Assembly (NCBI RefSeq): GCF_000175255.2
Contig: NC_017262.1
Coordinates: 1,410,001-1,442,000, forward strand
Reading direction: 5' to 3'
DNA length: 32,000 nucleotides
Source of the DNA: Zymomonas mobilis subsp. mobilis ATCC 10988
GTDB taxonomy: Bacteria; Pseudomonadota; Alphaproteobacteria; Sphingomonadales; Sphingomonadaceae
Shown: positions 1 to 9,618 of the stretch, piece by piece
Position numbering within the stretch: position 1 is the stretch's first letter
Layout of the letters: the number at the start of each line of letters is the position of its first letter
Translations under genes and position numbers: made by a program
The notes under the pieces: generated by a model
Told to the model about the DNA's origin: nothing
The model's database searches: none
What the model saw: the letters and a program-made list of their open reading frames with translations, nothing else

Positions 1-330
1 ATTATTATCGCTATTATTTGTGGTTTATTAATATTACCAAATCATAGCTACGAATATACAACATTCTCTATTTCCAATAAGGCTGTATTTTATAACCGAG
101 ACAGTGTTATTGTAATAATAAGTAGCATGTTCTCCTTGGTATATCCTTTAATAGGGTTTTTATTAATTTCACCAACAATAAAAAGACCAATACCAGAAAA
201 TCTTTTGTCTTCTTTTCCCGTTAAAAAAAATTACTTTTCTAATGGGGCATTTTATAGCCTCATTCATCCTTATCAGTCTTCATCTAATATTTATTACAGC
301 TATAGGAAGCGTGAACAATCTTCCTTTTAA
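1..330 (+). CDS. 3' part of a hydrophobic membrane-protein ORF entering from upstream (frame 1). May be the front half of a frameshifted gene that continues in 242..1258.
   Basis: Frame 1 is open from base 1 to the TAA at 328-330. Translation up to ~nt 230 is TM-like (IIIAIICGLLIL..., MFSLVYPLIGFLLISP). After the A8 run it turns Y/S-rich and looks non-coding. Very AT-rich. Confidence 0.3.
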   Translation: MIIAIICGLLILPNHSYEYTTFSISNKAVFYNRDSVIVIISSMFSLVYPLIGFLLISPTIKRPIPENLLSSFPVKKNYFSNGAFYSLIHPYQSSSNIYYSYRKREQSSF

Positions 331-1258
331 TTTAATTTATCAAATCCCTTCTATAATAATTTCATGTTTTCTTATTTCTTGTCCCGCGCTTATTTTGACC
401 TCTATCTCGGCTTCGATAGTAGAATATATTCCCTTTAATAATGATAAGACCCCATCCTTAATCTTAGTCGCCATCTGGCTTGTCTGGGTCTCTGCTATAG
501 GCTTGAGTCTTAATGGGCAGGGATGGGATATTTCAGGCATAAAATTTCCTATTTTGAACATATTCCATCAGAGTAATGTCAATATCGGCTTTATTCCTAT
601 AAAAAAATCGGCTGATTTTATTTCAAATTTTAATGAAATAAAATTCACAAAAATTTATTTTTTATACCAAATACTGATCTCTTTTATTGGAATAATGATT
701 CTTTTTTTATTTGGAAAGCAAGAACTAGTATTAAAAATTACGACGTCAACTTCTCTTAAAACAGATTTTTCTCAAATAAAACCTAAAGGGTTTATCTCTT
801 TATCCCCTCTCACAGCATGGACTATTCTGCTATCAAGATTAATATTCTTCCTTTTTCAAAGTAAAGTTAAGATTACTCTGGCCGCTCTGTTGCTGATTTT
901 ACAATTGGTCACGCCGCCCCTTCTTTCCGAAAAAGCTTCATTAGTCGCTTGGGGACTCTATATCACGGAATGGTCTGGCCTAGGATATTTGGTCAAAGGC
1001 AAAGCGTTTGCTGTACTGGAATCGACGCTGCCTCTAGGCGGTTGGAAATGGAGTGGTGCTGCCATAGCTGCCATTAGTTTGCAAATGACACTTTTATCTT
1101 TGGGAGAAATGATTTTCTATCCTGCGACTATCCTTCCAAAATTTTTTCAGATTACCGCCGTCGCTTTTTTTGCTGTTTTCCTATTAAGAATAACCAGATC
1201 TAAAATACCCTTTTTAATAATAGCTATTACCCTATGGTATAGCATGGTAACATATTAA
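242..1258 (+). CDS. Polytopic inner-membrane protein, family not recognised
   Basis: 338-aa ORF with about 9-10 hydrophobic segments. AT-rich over 1-900, rising in GC toward the 3' end. I see no catalytic motif. The start is uncertain because frame 2 is already open from nt 182. Confidence 0.55.
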   Translation: MGHFIASFILISLHLIFITAIGSVNNLPFNLIYQIPSIIISCFLISCPALILTSISASIVEYIPFNNDKTPSLILVAIWLVWVSAIGLSLNGQGWDISGIKFPILNIFHQSNVNIGFIPIKKSADFISNFNEIKFTKIYFLYQILISFIGIMILFLFGKQELVLKITTSTSLKTDFSQIKPKGFISLSPLTAWTILLSRLIFFLFQSKVKITLAALLLILQLVTPPLLSEKASLVAWGLYITEWSGLGYLVKGKAFAVLESTLPLGGWKWSGAAIAAISLQMTLLSLGEMIFYPATILPKFFQITAVAFFAVFLLRITRSKIPFLIIAITLWYSMVTY

Positions 1259-3838
1259 CTAATTATTTGAGGAATAAAGCCTTCGATTTTCTACCCTCCG
1301 CTCACATCCCCGCGTCTCCATGCCTCGCATCCAAGGATGCTGGTCATTGGCCGAGTAACTGGCAATCATCACCGGCCTTCTTAAAAAAGGCGACTTTCCA
1401 TAGAAAACCAACCCGCCTCGTTTTTCTAAAAGACAGCGGTCTATTTTCAATCTCTTGGGACGACATGACGCAGGGAGATAGCCTGAACTGATAACCCAAT
1501 CATTTTGGCTACATTCTTCAGGTGATAACCCTGCCGCTTTGCCTTTTATCGCTAGCAAATTATAATGTTGCTGCGCCAAAGCGATTTCACAAAATCCCTT
1601 TTGACAAAGATTTGTCCCGAAAAGTCGTTTTTCTTCTTCTTGGTCAAAGCCAATCAAATTCGCGATTTGATCCTGACTATAACTATCCTTTTCAGGCCAA
1701 ATAAACTGATAAGGCTGCTTGGGATTGTCGGTTTTAAAAGCTATTGTTTTGCCATCCCGACTGATAACCCAATCTGGCCTTGGGTTGAGGATAATCATCA
1801 GTACACCCAAGACCAAAGGCACAACACCCCATAACCGCCATGATGTTTTCCACAATCCTAACCACAACCAGCTAGCCATCATAAAGAGGCATAACCAAGC
1901 CCCGATCATCGGCAGCATAAAACCCGCCATGGGCAGAGATGCGACGTAATGGGCAATCGCAAGCAACAACCGAATGGATTGATCGGTTACCCACCAAAAA
2001 GGCGCAGAACAACCGATAAGATCAGTCAGCAAGGCCAAGCCTTCTGCTGGAATGGTCACAAAAGTCGTTAAGGGAATAGCCAGAATATTAGCTAATGCTC
2101 CATAAAAACCGGATTGGTGAAAATGATAGAGGGTAATAGGCGACACCACGGCTTCGACCATCACACCGCCAATGATGATTTCTGCGATAATTAAAGCCGT
2201 TTTTTTCAACCATCCGGCTTCACGCCTGTCACCGAAAATAGATATGATCGGGGCTTCTGCCAAGGCAATGACCGTGCCGACCGCGGCAAAGCTTAATTGA
2301 AAACTCGGGGATAAAATATTTTCCGGCTGGATGAGTAAAATAAGCATGGCGGCCGCAGCCACCAATCGCAAGCTGACAGCCCGCCTCCCGATCATCATCC
2401 CGAAAAGAATAAAAAAGGCGGTCAGCATCGATCGAACTGTCGGAATTTCACAGCCCGCGACAAAGGTATAAAGCATCCCTATCAAAGCCGCATTACAAGC
2501 CGCTATCATCCTCAAAGGGAAATGAAGCACAAGATAGGGCGACAACGCCAAAAGTCTGATCGTGATAAACATCACCGCCGCGATTACAACGCCGATATGC
2601 ATCCCACCCACAGACAATAAATGGGTTAATCCGGCTTTTCGCATCGCCACCGTATCACTTTCGCTGATAGATCCGATGTCATTAGTGACGAAGGCCGCTG
2701 CAACACCCCCTGATCTTGCACCTAGTTTTTCGATAATATGGCGGGTCAATCTTTGATGGATCGAGGCCACTATCAAAGAAAATCCTGATAAAACCGGCTT
2801 TTCAAGAATAACAGGCTGATCCAAGACATGACCTGTCGCTGAAATTCTCTGAAACCAGGCGATTTCAGCATAGTCATAACCGGCTGGAATCTGGGCAGGC
2901 ATCGGGGCGGTCAGTTTAACTCTAACCGCTATTTTCGCACCCGCTTCTAGACCTGAAAAATCGAAACGATCATTAACCGATATTCTGACACGCATCAGGG
3001 ATGGGCGGGCAGGGGAGTCTTCTTTCGAAAAGCGAAAGGGCGATCTTTCCGATAAAAACGGGAATGAAAGCGATGCAAAAGGCGAAGACCTAACAAAGGA
3101 AGGCGGGGTAACCTGAGCCATAAATAAAAAAGGCGCGAAAGAAGCCTGATACGGCCTTACTGTTTTGGTGGATGGCCGTGATAAAGATGGAAGGGATGAC
3201 GATAAAGACGAGGCTTGCTGCGACAGGAGCAGGGTGCGGGACAATAAAGATGAAGGTTGTTGTATCTGGGGTGGGTGGCGCGATAATAAAGGCAGAAATC
3301 GTTGTGGCAGGGATGAAATCGGTGGCCATGAAGAGGCCTGTTTTGATGACAGGGGTGATGGTGGCGGTGATAAAGAACCATCCTGAAAAGCCGGAACGGC
3401 TATAACCAAGCGCATCCGTTTTCGAGAAGGCTGGTATTCACTTTGAAGGATTTGTCCACGAATATCAAAAACACCCCAATTTCGGGGCTTTATCGGTGCG
3501 ACATTATAGGCTCTAAAGCTGATATCGACCATACCTAAAAAAGCCGCTACCGCCATAATCAAGACAGCCTTCGCCGCTCTTTTCTTATCCGCCCAAATCC
3601 ACGCAGCCAACGCCAAGGCCAGTAACAAACAACCACATCCCAGCCATCCCGAAATATCAGGAATCGCAAACCATAAAAGAATTCCACCTCCAAAGGCGAT
3701 CGGCAACCATAACGGTAACTGATCTCTCTCCTGCTCCAGTTTCTCTTCCAGCCAAATATCGAAAGAAGAAATCTTTCTTCTAACCTTGTCTGCTTTTACT
3801 CCCATCCACTCGAGAAACCGGAGGCTAAGACGTTTCAT
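1259..3838 (-). CDS. comEC: ComEC/Rec2-family DNA internalisation channel protein with a low-complexity insertion
   Basis: Three N-terminal TM helices are followed by an OB-like segment (RVRISVNDRFDFSGLEAGAKIAVRVKLTAPMPAQIPAGYDY). Next is a polytopic competence domain (GLTHLLSVGGMHIGVV, SFQLSFAAVGTVIAL). No HxHxDH metallo-beta-lactamase motif is visible in the C-terminal 170 aa. Confidence 0.8.
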   Translation of the reverse strand: MKRLSLRFLEWMGVKADKVRRKISSFDIWLEEKLEQERDQLPLWLPIAFGGGILLWFAIPDISGWLGCGCLLLALALAAWIWADKKRAAKAVLIMAVAAFLGMVDISFRAYNVAPIKPRNWGVFDIRGQILQSEYQPSRKRMRLVIAVPAFQDGSLSPPPSPLSSKQASSWPPISSLPQRFLPLLSRHPPQIQQPSSLLSRTLLLSQQASSLSSSLPSLSRPSTKTVRPYQASFAPFLFMAQVTPPSFVRSSPFASLSFPFLSERSPFRFSKEDSPARPSLMRVRISVNDRFDFSGLEAGAKIAVRVKLTAPMPAQIPAGYDYAEIAWFQRISATGHVLDQPVILEKPVLSGFSLIVASIHQRLTRHIIEKLGARSGGVAAAFVTNDIGSISESDTVAMRKAGLTHLLSVGGMHIGVVIAAVMFITIRLLALSPYLVLHFPLRMIAACNAALIGMLYTFVAGCEIPTVRSMLTAFFILFGMMIGRRAVSLRLVAAAAMLILLIQPENILSPSFQLSFAAVGTVIALAEAPIISIFGDRREAGWLKKTALIIAEIIIGGVMVEAVVSPITLYHFHQSGFYGALANILAIPLTTFVTIPAEGLALLTDLIGCSAPFWWVTDQSIRLLLAIAHYVASLPMAGFMLPMIGAWLCLFMMASWLWLGLWKTSWRLWGVVPLVLGVLMIILNPRPDWVISRDGKTIAFKTDNPKQPYQFIWPEKDSYSQDQIANLIGFDQEEEKRLFGTNLCQKGFCEIALAQQHYNLLAIKGKAAGLSPEECSQNDWVISSGYLPASCRPKRLKIDRCLLEKRGGLVFYGKSPFLRRPVMIASYSANDQHPWMRGMETRGCERRVENRRLYSSNN

Positions 3839-4012
3839 TCCTTTTCATATCCATGCTAAAGGCGCATAAAAACCAAGACTTAAATCTTGAAGAAAGCTTC
3901 ACGCAGATATTGCCGTTAATACCCTAAATGTTTTACGGACAATCATTATTTAAATTTTCTTATCATAACCGCTATTCAATCAGCCGGTTTATCTATTTCA
4001 GGAGTGTAGCGC

Positions 4013-5458
4013 ATGAGCGCAGGTCCAGCTAAAAATCCGTCCGTTGTTACCCGCTTTGCGCCGTCGCCGACTGGCTTTTTACATATCGGTGGCGCTCGTA
4101 CTGCCTTATTTAACTGGCTTTTTGCCCGCCATAATGGTGGCCAGTTTCAGCTTAGAATAGAAGATACCGATCGCGTCCGTTCTACCAAAGAAGCGATTGA
4201 TGCTATCATTGATGGTATGCGCTGGCTTGGTCTCGATTGGGATGGCGATATCACCTATCAGTTTGAACGCGCCCCTCGTCATGCAGAAGTAGCTGAAGAA
4301 CTTCTCAAGGCTGGAAAAGCCTATAAATGCTTTGCAACGGCCGAAGAATTAGAATCGATGCGTGCCGAACAGCGCGTCAAAAAACAGCCCCAACGGTATG
4401 ACGGTCGCTGGCGTGATCGTGACCCATCCGAAGCGCCGGCCGGTGCCCCCTATGTTGTGCGCTTAAAGGCCGAGCAAGAAGGCGAAACCACGCTTCATGA
4501 CTTGGTGCAAGGTGATGTTACCGTCAAAAATGCAGAATTGGATGATATGATTCTGCTTCGTTCGGACGGAACGCCCACCTATATGCTGGCGGTTGTTGTC
4601 GATGATCATGATATGGGCGTTAACCATGTTATTCGGGGGGATGATCATCTTAATAATACCTTCCGTCAATTAGGTATTATTCGGGCAATGAACTGGGACG
4701 CGCCACAATATGCTCATATCCCGCTTATCCACGGGGCTGATGGTGCAAAACTTTCCAAGCGTCATGGTGCCTTAGGTGTTGAAGCCTATCGTGATGATTT
4801 TGGCTATCTTCCCGAAGCCATCTGTAATTACCTTCTCCGCCTTGGCTGGGGACATGGTGATGACGAAATCATTACCCGTGAACAGGCCATCGAATGGTTT
4901 GATTTGACTTCTGTTGGTCGGTCACCTTCTCGTTTTGACTTCAAAAAACTCGAAAATATCAATGGTCATTATATCCGTGAGGCTGATGATCAGCGGTTAA
5001 CCGATCTGGTAAAGCCGCGCGTTGAAAAAACGCTTGAGCAAGGTCTTTCTTCTACCGAACAAGCTTTACTGTTGCAGGCGATGCCTTTTTTAAAACCGCG
5101 TGCCAAAAATTTGAACGAGTTAGCCGAAAATAGCCTGTTTCTTTTTGAAAAACGCCCTTTAAAGCTGGAAGAAAAAGCGGCCAAGCAGCTTGAAAATACG
5201 AGCGGTAGCTTGCTTGCCATTTTAAGAAAAACGCTTGGTGATCTTCTTGCATGGGATAGCGAAAGCCTTGAAAAAGCGCTTCACGATGTCGCTGAACAGG
5301 CCGATTTAAAAATGGGTAAGGTGGCGCAACCTTTGCGGGCAGCCTTAACTGGACGGACGGTTTCTCCGGGAATTTTTGATGTCATGATTCTTTTAGGGCA
5401 GGATGAAAGTCTAGCCCGTTTGGACGATCAATTATCGTTGTCACCCACACATAGCTAA
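4013..5458 (+). CDS. gltX: Glutamyl-tRNA synthetase
   Basis: Class I signatures are present: HIGG (HIGH) near the N-terminus in [23 protein letters not shown], and KLSKR (KMSKS). AGGAG lies 8 nt upstream of the ATG. Confidence 0.97.
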   Translation: MSAGPAKNPSVVTRFAPSPTGFLHIGGARTALFNWLFARHNGGQFQLRIEDTDRVRSTKEAIDAIIDGMRWLGLDWDGDITYQFERAPRHAEVAEELLKAGKAYKCFATAEELESMRAEQRVKKQPQRYDGRWRDRDPSEAPAGAPYVVRLKAEQEGETTLHDLVQGDVTVKNAELDDMILLRSDGTPTYMLAVVVDDHDMGVNHVIRGDDHLNNTFRQLGIIRAMNWDAPQYAHIPLIHGADGAKLSKRHGALGVEAYRDDFGYLPEAICNYLLRLGWGHGDDEIITREQAIEWFDLTSVGRSPSRFDFKKLENINGHYIREADDQRLTDLVKPRVEKTLEQGLSSTEQALLLQAMPFLKPRAKNLNELAENSLFLFEKRPLKLEEKAAKQLENTSGSLLAILRKTLGDLLAWDSESLEKALHDVAEQADLKMGKVAQPLRAALTGRTVSPGIFDVMILLGQDESLARLDDQLSLSPTHS

Positions 5459-5467
5459 TAAAATAAA

Positions 5468-5541
5468 AACACCCTCCCTTTCCTTTTAAAATCAGGATAC
5501 TAGACCTCTTGGAAGGATAGGGGGGAGTGTTATTAAATTTT
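5468..5541 (+). terminator. Possible long imperfect hairpin terminator after gltX
   Basis: AACACCCTCCC (5468-) pairs imperfectly with GGGGGGAGTGTT (ending at 5531), followed by ATTAAATTTT. The stem has a mismatch and wobble pairs, and the loop is large. Confidence 0.3.
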
Positions 5542-5603
5542 AAGACTATTTCTTATACCCATTCAAAAGGATAATAAGAATAGAGAATAGGATACGTAGT
5601 TAC

Positions 5604-6893
5604 ATGAGCTCTCCTAATGAAGCGATTATTGGCCTAAATAACGAAGAGTATCGTTTCCCCGTGCGACAAAGCACGGCAGGCACATTAGGAATTGATATCC
5701 GTCAGCTTCATAGCCAGAGCGGCGCTCTGACCTATGATCCCGGTTTTCTGTCGACGGCAAGCTGCCAGTCAAAGATTACTTATGTCGATGGCGAAAAAGG
5801 CATTTTGCTTTATCGAGGATATCCTATTGAGCAATTAGCAGAAAAATCGAACTTTCCCGAAGTCGCCTATCTCCTTTTACATGGCGAGCTGCCCAAAGCC
5901 GATGATTTTTCTACTTTTTCAGATGTAATTACCCATCATACGATGGTTAACGAGCAGCTTTCCGCTTTTTATCGGGGCTTCCGGCGAGATGCTCATCCTA
6001 TGGCTGTTCTTTGTGGGGTTGTAGGTGCCTTATCGGCCTTTTATCCAGAGGCAATCCATATTCATGATCCCGCGCAAAGAATGGCATCTTGTCATCGTTT
6101 GCTGGCTAAATTGCCGACTATTGCGGCAATGGCGTATAAATATTCAGTAGGCCAACCCTTCGTCTATCCAGATAATAGCCTAAGCTATGTGGGTAATTTC
6201 CTTCGGATGACTTTCAGTGTTCCTGCGGAACCGTATCATGTCGATCCGTTAATTGAATCAGCTTTGAATAAAATCTTTATTCTACATGCCGATCACGAAC
6301 AAAATGCTTCGACATCGACGGTTCGCTTGGCTGGTTCTTCAGGCGCTAACCCTTATGCTTGTATTGCGGCTGGCATTGCCTGCTTATGGGGGCCATCGCA
6401 TGGCGGCGCCAATGAGGCAACATTGGCTATGCTGAAAGAAATCGGCACGCCTGAAAATATTCCTCATTTCATTGATCGTGCCAAAGACCGCAATGATCCC
6501 TTCCGTCTTATGGGCTTTGGCCATCGCCTCTATAAAAATTATGATCCTCGGGCGCGTGTTCTGGCTAAAACAGCTGCCGCAATTTTGGATAAAACAGGCG
6601 CCAATAATCCAATATTTGATACGGCTCGCGCCTTGGAAGAAATCGCTCGAAAAGATTCCTATTTTATCGAGAGGAAACTTTATCCCAATGTTGATTTCTA
6701 TTCAGGCTTGATCTTGTCAGCTATCGGTTTCCCGACTTCTATGTTTACCGCTTTATTTGCCTTGGCCAGAACCGCGGGGTGGATGGCTCAATGGAATGAA
6801 ATGATTACCGATCCTGAACAAAAAATCGGTCGTCCGAGACAAATCTACACAGGTGTCTCTACTCGGGATTACGTTAATATCGAAAACCGTTGA
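5604..6893 (+). CDS. gltA: Citrate synthase (type II)
   Basis: 429 aa. Citrate synthase signature [14 protein letters not shown], plus [11 protein letters not shown] and the catalytic His/Asp context. Confidence 0.97.
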   Translation: MSSPNEAIIGLNNEEYRFPVRQSTAGTLGIDIRQLHSQSGALTYDPGFLSTASCQSKITYVDGEKGILLYRGYPIEQLAEKSNFPEVAYLLLHGELPKADDFSTFSDVITHHTMVNEQLSAFYRGFRRDAHPMAVLCGVVGALSAFYPEAIHIHDPAQRMASCHRLLAKLPTIAAMAYKYSVGQPFVYPDNSLSYVGNFLRMTFSVPAEPYHVDPLIESALNKIFILHADHEQNASTSTVRLAGSSGANPYACIAAGIACLWGPSHGGANEATLAMLKEIGTPENIPHFIDRAKDRNDPFRLMGFGHRLYKNYDPRARVLAKTAAAILDKTGANNPIFDTARALEEIARKDSYFIERKLYPNVDFYSGLILSAIGFPTSMFTALFALARTAGWMAQWNEMITDPEQKIGRPRQIYTGVSTRDYVNIENR

Positions 6894-8312
6894 TCACAGA
6901 AGCGGTAGAATAAGGGTAAAACGTGCGCCTTGACCAAGCGCACTATCCACAACAATATCCCCTTGCATAGCATGAGCCAGTTCTCGCGATATAAAAAGGC
7001 CTAAACCGGTGCCATTGCTATCTTGGGGATTCAAGCGTTCAAATTTTTCAAAAATACGCCGTTGATCTTCTGCCGCGATCCCTTTTCCCTGATCTGCGAT
7101 TGTAATATAGGCTTTATCCTCATCCTGTTCCACTCTGATCCAGATACTGGCCTGCTCTGGGGAATATCTTAAAGCGTTGCTGATAAGGTTTAACAAGATT
7201 TGCATAACCCTATGGGCATCGGCATAAGCGACAACGCTTTCTCCCGATTTAGGAATATCAATCTTGATATCCTGATTTTGGATTTTCCAGCTATGGAGCG
7301 CGATCGCCTGTTTCGCAATTTCACTTAAATCAACAGGCTGTGGCTCGACGCGAAAACCGGTATTTTCTAATTCCTGTAAATCCCCCAGATCATCAATCAA
7401 CATCATTAAATGCTGACTAGCCGTTGTAATATCGGCCGCATACCGAACATAGCTACTATGTAAATATCCATCATTCTGTGAATAAATTTTATCCGCATCT
7501 TCGATAATGCGATGAATGGATGGTTTGAAACTATGGTCAATTCGATTGGGTAAATGTAATTTAATTTTGTTTTCTGTGGTTGTCTCTACCAACAGGTCTT
7601 CTTCCAATGCAGAAGAGGCGAGCGTAATATTTCCGGAAAAGCCTTTAAATCTTTCTGATGCGTCAAAGATAGGGCGACCAGACAACCATATAGCAGGGCC
7701 TTTATTGGTGATTTTTGCTGGTTGCGCCGAAAAATCGTGATGATTAGCCAAGGCTTCCATAATAGGGAATCGCCCTTCTTCATCGGTTTCTAATTTAAAA
7801 AGCCGCGCAAAAGGCTTCTTTAAATAGATTTGGGAATCTATCCCGATTTGATCTGCTAATGCCGTAGGAAAACTGGTTAAATTTAATTCGGCATCAACCT
7901 GCCATTTCCAATTTCCAATCTCTGGATCCTCATTTTCCGGCAAAACTGAAGATTCAATTTTCTCGCCCGCTTCCTGAAGAGAAGACGGATCTTGGCTGAT
8001 ATCTTGCTCTTTTTCAGATAGCGCTTCTTCTTGACGATAATGTTCTACTTCGATCAGAACTGACCCATCCTCTTTAGGGTAAGCATCAACCCATAGATCA
8101 AAATTTATATCGTTATTTTTCAGTAGGACACGCCGAGAGATTTTTGTTTGCAGCCGCCTTGCCAGATGGATTATTTTGTTAAGAGCGCCACTCTTATCTA
8201 TTTGCAGTTCTTCAATAAGCTTGTCAGCTCTGACCAGCTTATCTTCACTATCAACAATAGCAGTCCCTTTTTCTTTATCCGAAATCTGGTTCGAGGCTAT
8301 CTCTACTGTCAT
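6894..8312 (-). CDS. Soluble (no TM) PAS-containing sensor histidine kinase, HisKA/HATPase_c type
   Basis: H-box-like RIDHSFKPSIHRIIEDA. DHp helix 2 is YAADITTASQHLMMLIDDLGDLQELE. N-box LNLISNALRYS, G1 DQGKGI, G2 GTGLGLFISRELA. I prefer the ATG at 8312 (AGGA about 9 nt upstream, TGATG overlap with the upstream stop) over the TTG at 8321 in the ORF track. Confidence 0.85.
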   Translation of the reverse strand: MTVEIASNQISDKEKGTAIVDSEDKLVRADKLIEELQIDKSGALNKIIHLARRLQTKISRRVLLKNNDINFDLWVDAYPKEDGSVLIEVEHYRQEEALSEKEQDISQDPSSLQEAGEKIESSVLPENEDPEIGNWKWQVDAELNLTSFPTALADQIGIDSQIYLKKPFARLFKLETDEEGRFPIMEALANHHDFSAQPAKITNKGPAIWLSGRPIFDASERFKGFSGNITLASSALEEDLLVETTTENKIKLHLPNRIDHSFKPSIHRIIEDADKIYSQNDGYLHSSYVRYAADITTASQHLMMLIDDLGDLQELENTGFRVEPQPVDLSEIAKQAIALHSWKIQNQDIKIDIPKSGESVVAYADAHRVMQILLNLISNALRYSPEQASIWIRVEQDEDKAYITIADQGKGIAAEDQRRIFEKFERLNPQDSNGTGLGLFISRELAHAMQGDIVVDSALGQGARFTLILPLL

Positions 8313-9475
8313 CAAAGGCAATCCTGCTGGAAAAAATCAGGGCTAGCGATATATGCTTTTTTCTCTCTAGCTGTTTTATATCGGTTTTCTATTTCACAAA
8401 TTGATTCACGGTAACATTCATCTAATCTCCACAAGGCTAAGGCTTTATCTGCATCAGATTGGCTTAGAGCCTCAAAGGCTTTTACTTTTTCAGCTATTTG
8501 ATGGTTATCAAGACTATGTCCGGTCAATTGAAAAGCAAGGCTGGCTGCTATCTGTCGGGGCATCCCGATCGCTTTTAACAAAAGCAAAAGAGGACTCTCA
8601 TCCTCATTCAAGACGATATCCCAAATATAATGATGATTGACTCCTGACCGAATGGCCAAGGCCGCTACCATCAAGGCTGTATGTCCATCCATTGCGGATT
8701 GCAGAATAAATTCATCCGAGAGTTTTCTATATTTATGTAAATGACGCGCCAATTTTAAGGCTCTGGCTTCTAATGTGCTGCCTTCATCATATTGTGTTAG
8801 GGCTTGTCTCACTGCCTTTGATAGAGCCTGATCTACCTGTTCTTCTGATAACTGGGCTTCCAATAAACAGCTTCTTAAACAGGCTGCTACCCACCATAAC
8901 AGTTTATATTGTAGTTCAGCGGATAGATCTGTTCTTGATAAAATAGGGTTATTTAAATGGCTTATTTGGCGACTTTCTGCAATCAGCAGAACCATCGCTG
9001 ATAAAGCAATATCAGCATCCATCTGGCCAATTAAACTGTCTATAATATCCGAATTTTTGGGCGATTTATGGTATTGTTTCTTATGGCAATTTTTCTGCAG
9101 AAAAGACGTTCGCATACGGCGAATAAGCATGGCAACAAAAGTCTGATCTCGCAGTAAAATACTGTCAGAAAGCCATTCTAAAGTTAAATGCTTGGTTGGA
9201 TCATTCAAAAGCATAATAACAGAAAGAGGGGCGTCATCCTCTAAAAGATCAACCAAATACAGTCGAATCTCATTTTCTGCGGCAATCGTGATATGCTCAA
9301 ATATTTTTATAATATGATAGCGTTCAATTTCATTTAATCGAAGCGAAGTCGGAATGAGCAAATCTTCATAAATTTGCTTTTTTCTTTTTCTCTCATGAAT
9401 TAACGCATCTCGGGCGTATTCTATCAGGGATGGTTGTGTTTCTTTTTTATGTTTTTCTGCTACCATAAATGCCAA
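8312..9475 (-). CDS. All-helical conserved hypothetical protein; the C-terminal half resembles the DUF2336 family as I recall it
   Basis: The 387-aa ORF ends ...LLLLLKAIGMPRQIAASLAFQL...KAFEALSQSDADKALALWRLD. This resembles my memory of DUF2336 C-termini (ilcKAaGl.r..f...yd.ls...A...lrfWr). The start could be TTG 9475 or ATG 9466. The family call needs an HMM check. Confidence 0.55.
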   Translation of the reverse strand: MAFMVAEKHKKETQPSLIEYARDALIHERKRKKQIYEDLLIPTSLRLNEIERYHIIKIFEHITIAAENEIRLYLVDLLEDDAPLSVIMLLNDPTKHLTLEWLSDSILLRDQTFVAMLIRRMRTSFLQKNCHKKQYHKSPKNSDIIDSLIGQMDADIALSAMVLLIAESRQISHLNNPILSRTDLSAELQYKLLWWVAACLRSCLLEAQLSEEQVDQALSKAVRQALTQYDEGSTLEARALKLARHLHKYRKLSDEFILQSAMDGHTALMVAALAIRSGVNHHYIWDIVLNEDESPLLLLLKAIGMPRQIAASLAFQLTGHSLDNHQIAEKVKAFEALSQSDADKALALWRLDECYRESICEIENRYKTAREKKAYIASPDFFQQDCL

Positions 9476-9618
9476 CCATAACGGATGGCCGTTAACGACA
9501 GATAATCATTGCCAGCCAAAAAAAGATATTTTCTTTTCAGAAAAAGTAATTCTTATTTTTAATCTAACAGTGAAAACCTAAAATTAGGTTAAGATAATTT
9601 TAGGGCTAGCCTGCTCAA

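Noticed and set aside
3090-3405. Four overlapping 73-79-aa ORFs on both strands inside comEC, including a D/K/G/C-rich peptide (MVDGRDKDGRDDDKDEACC...)
   Set aside because: They are explained by the stop-codon-poor purine/pyrimidine-skewed tract. None has an SD or independent support, and the ComEC frame runs continuously through the region. I reported the tract itself as a finding instead.
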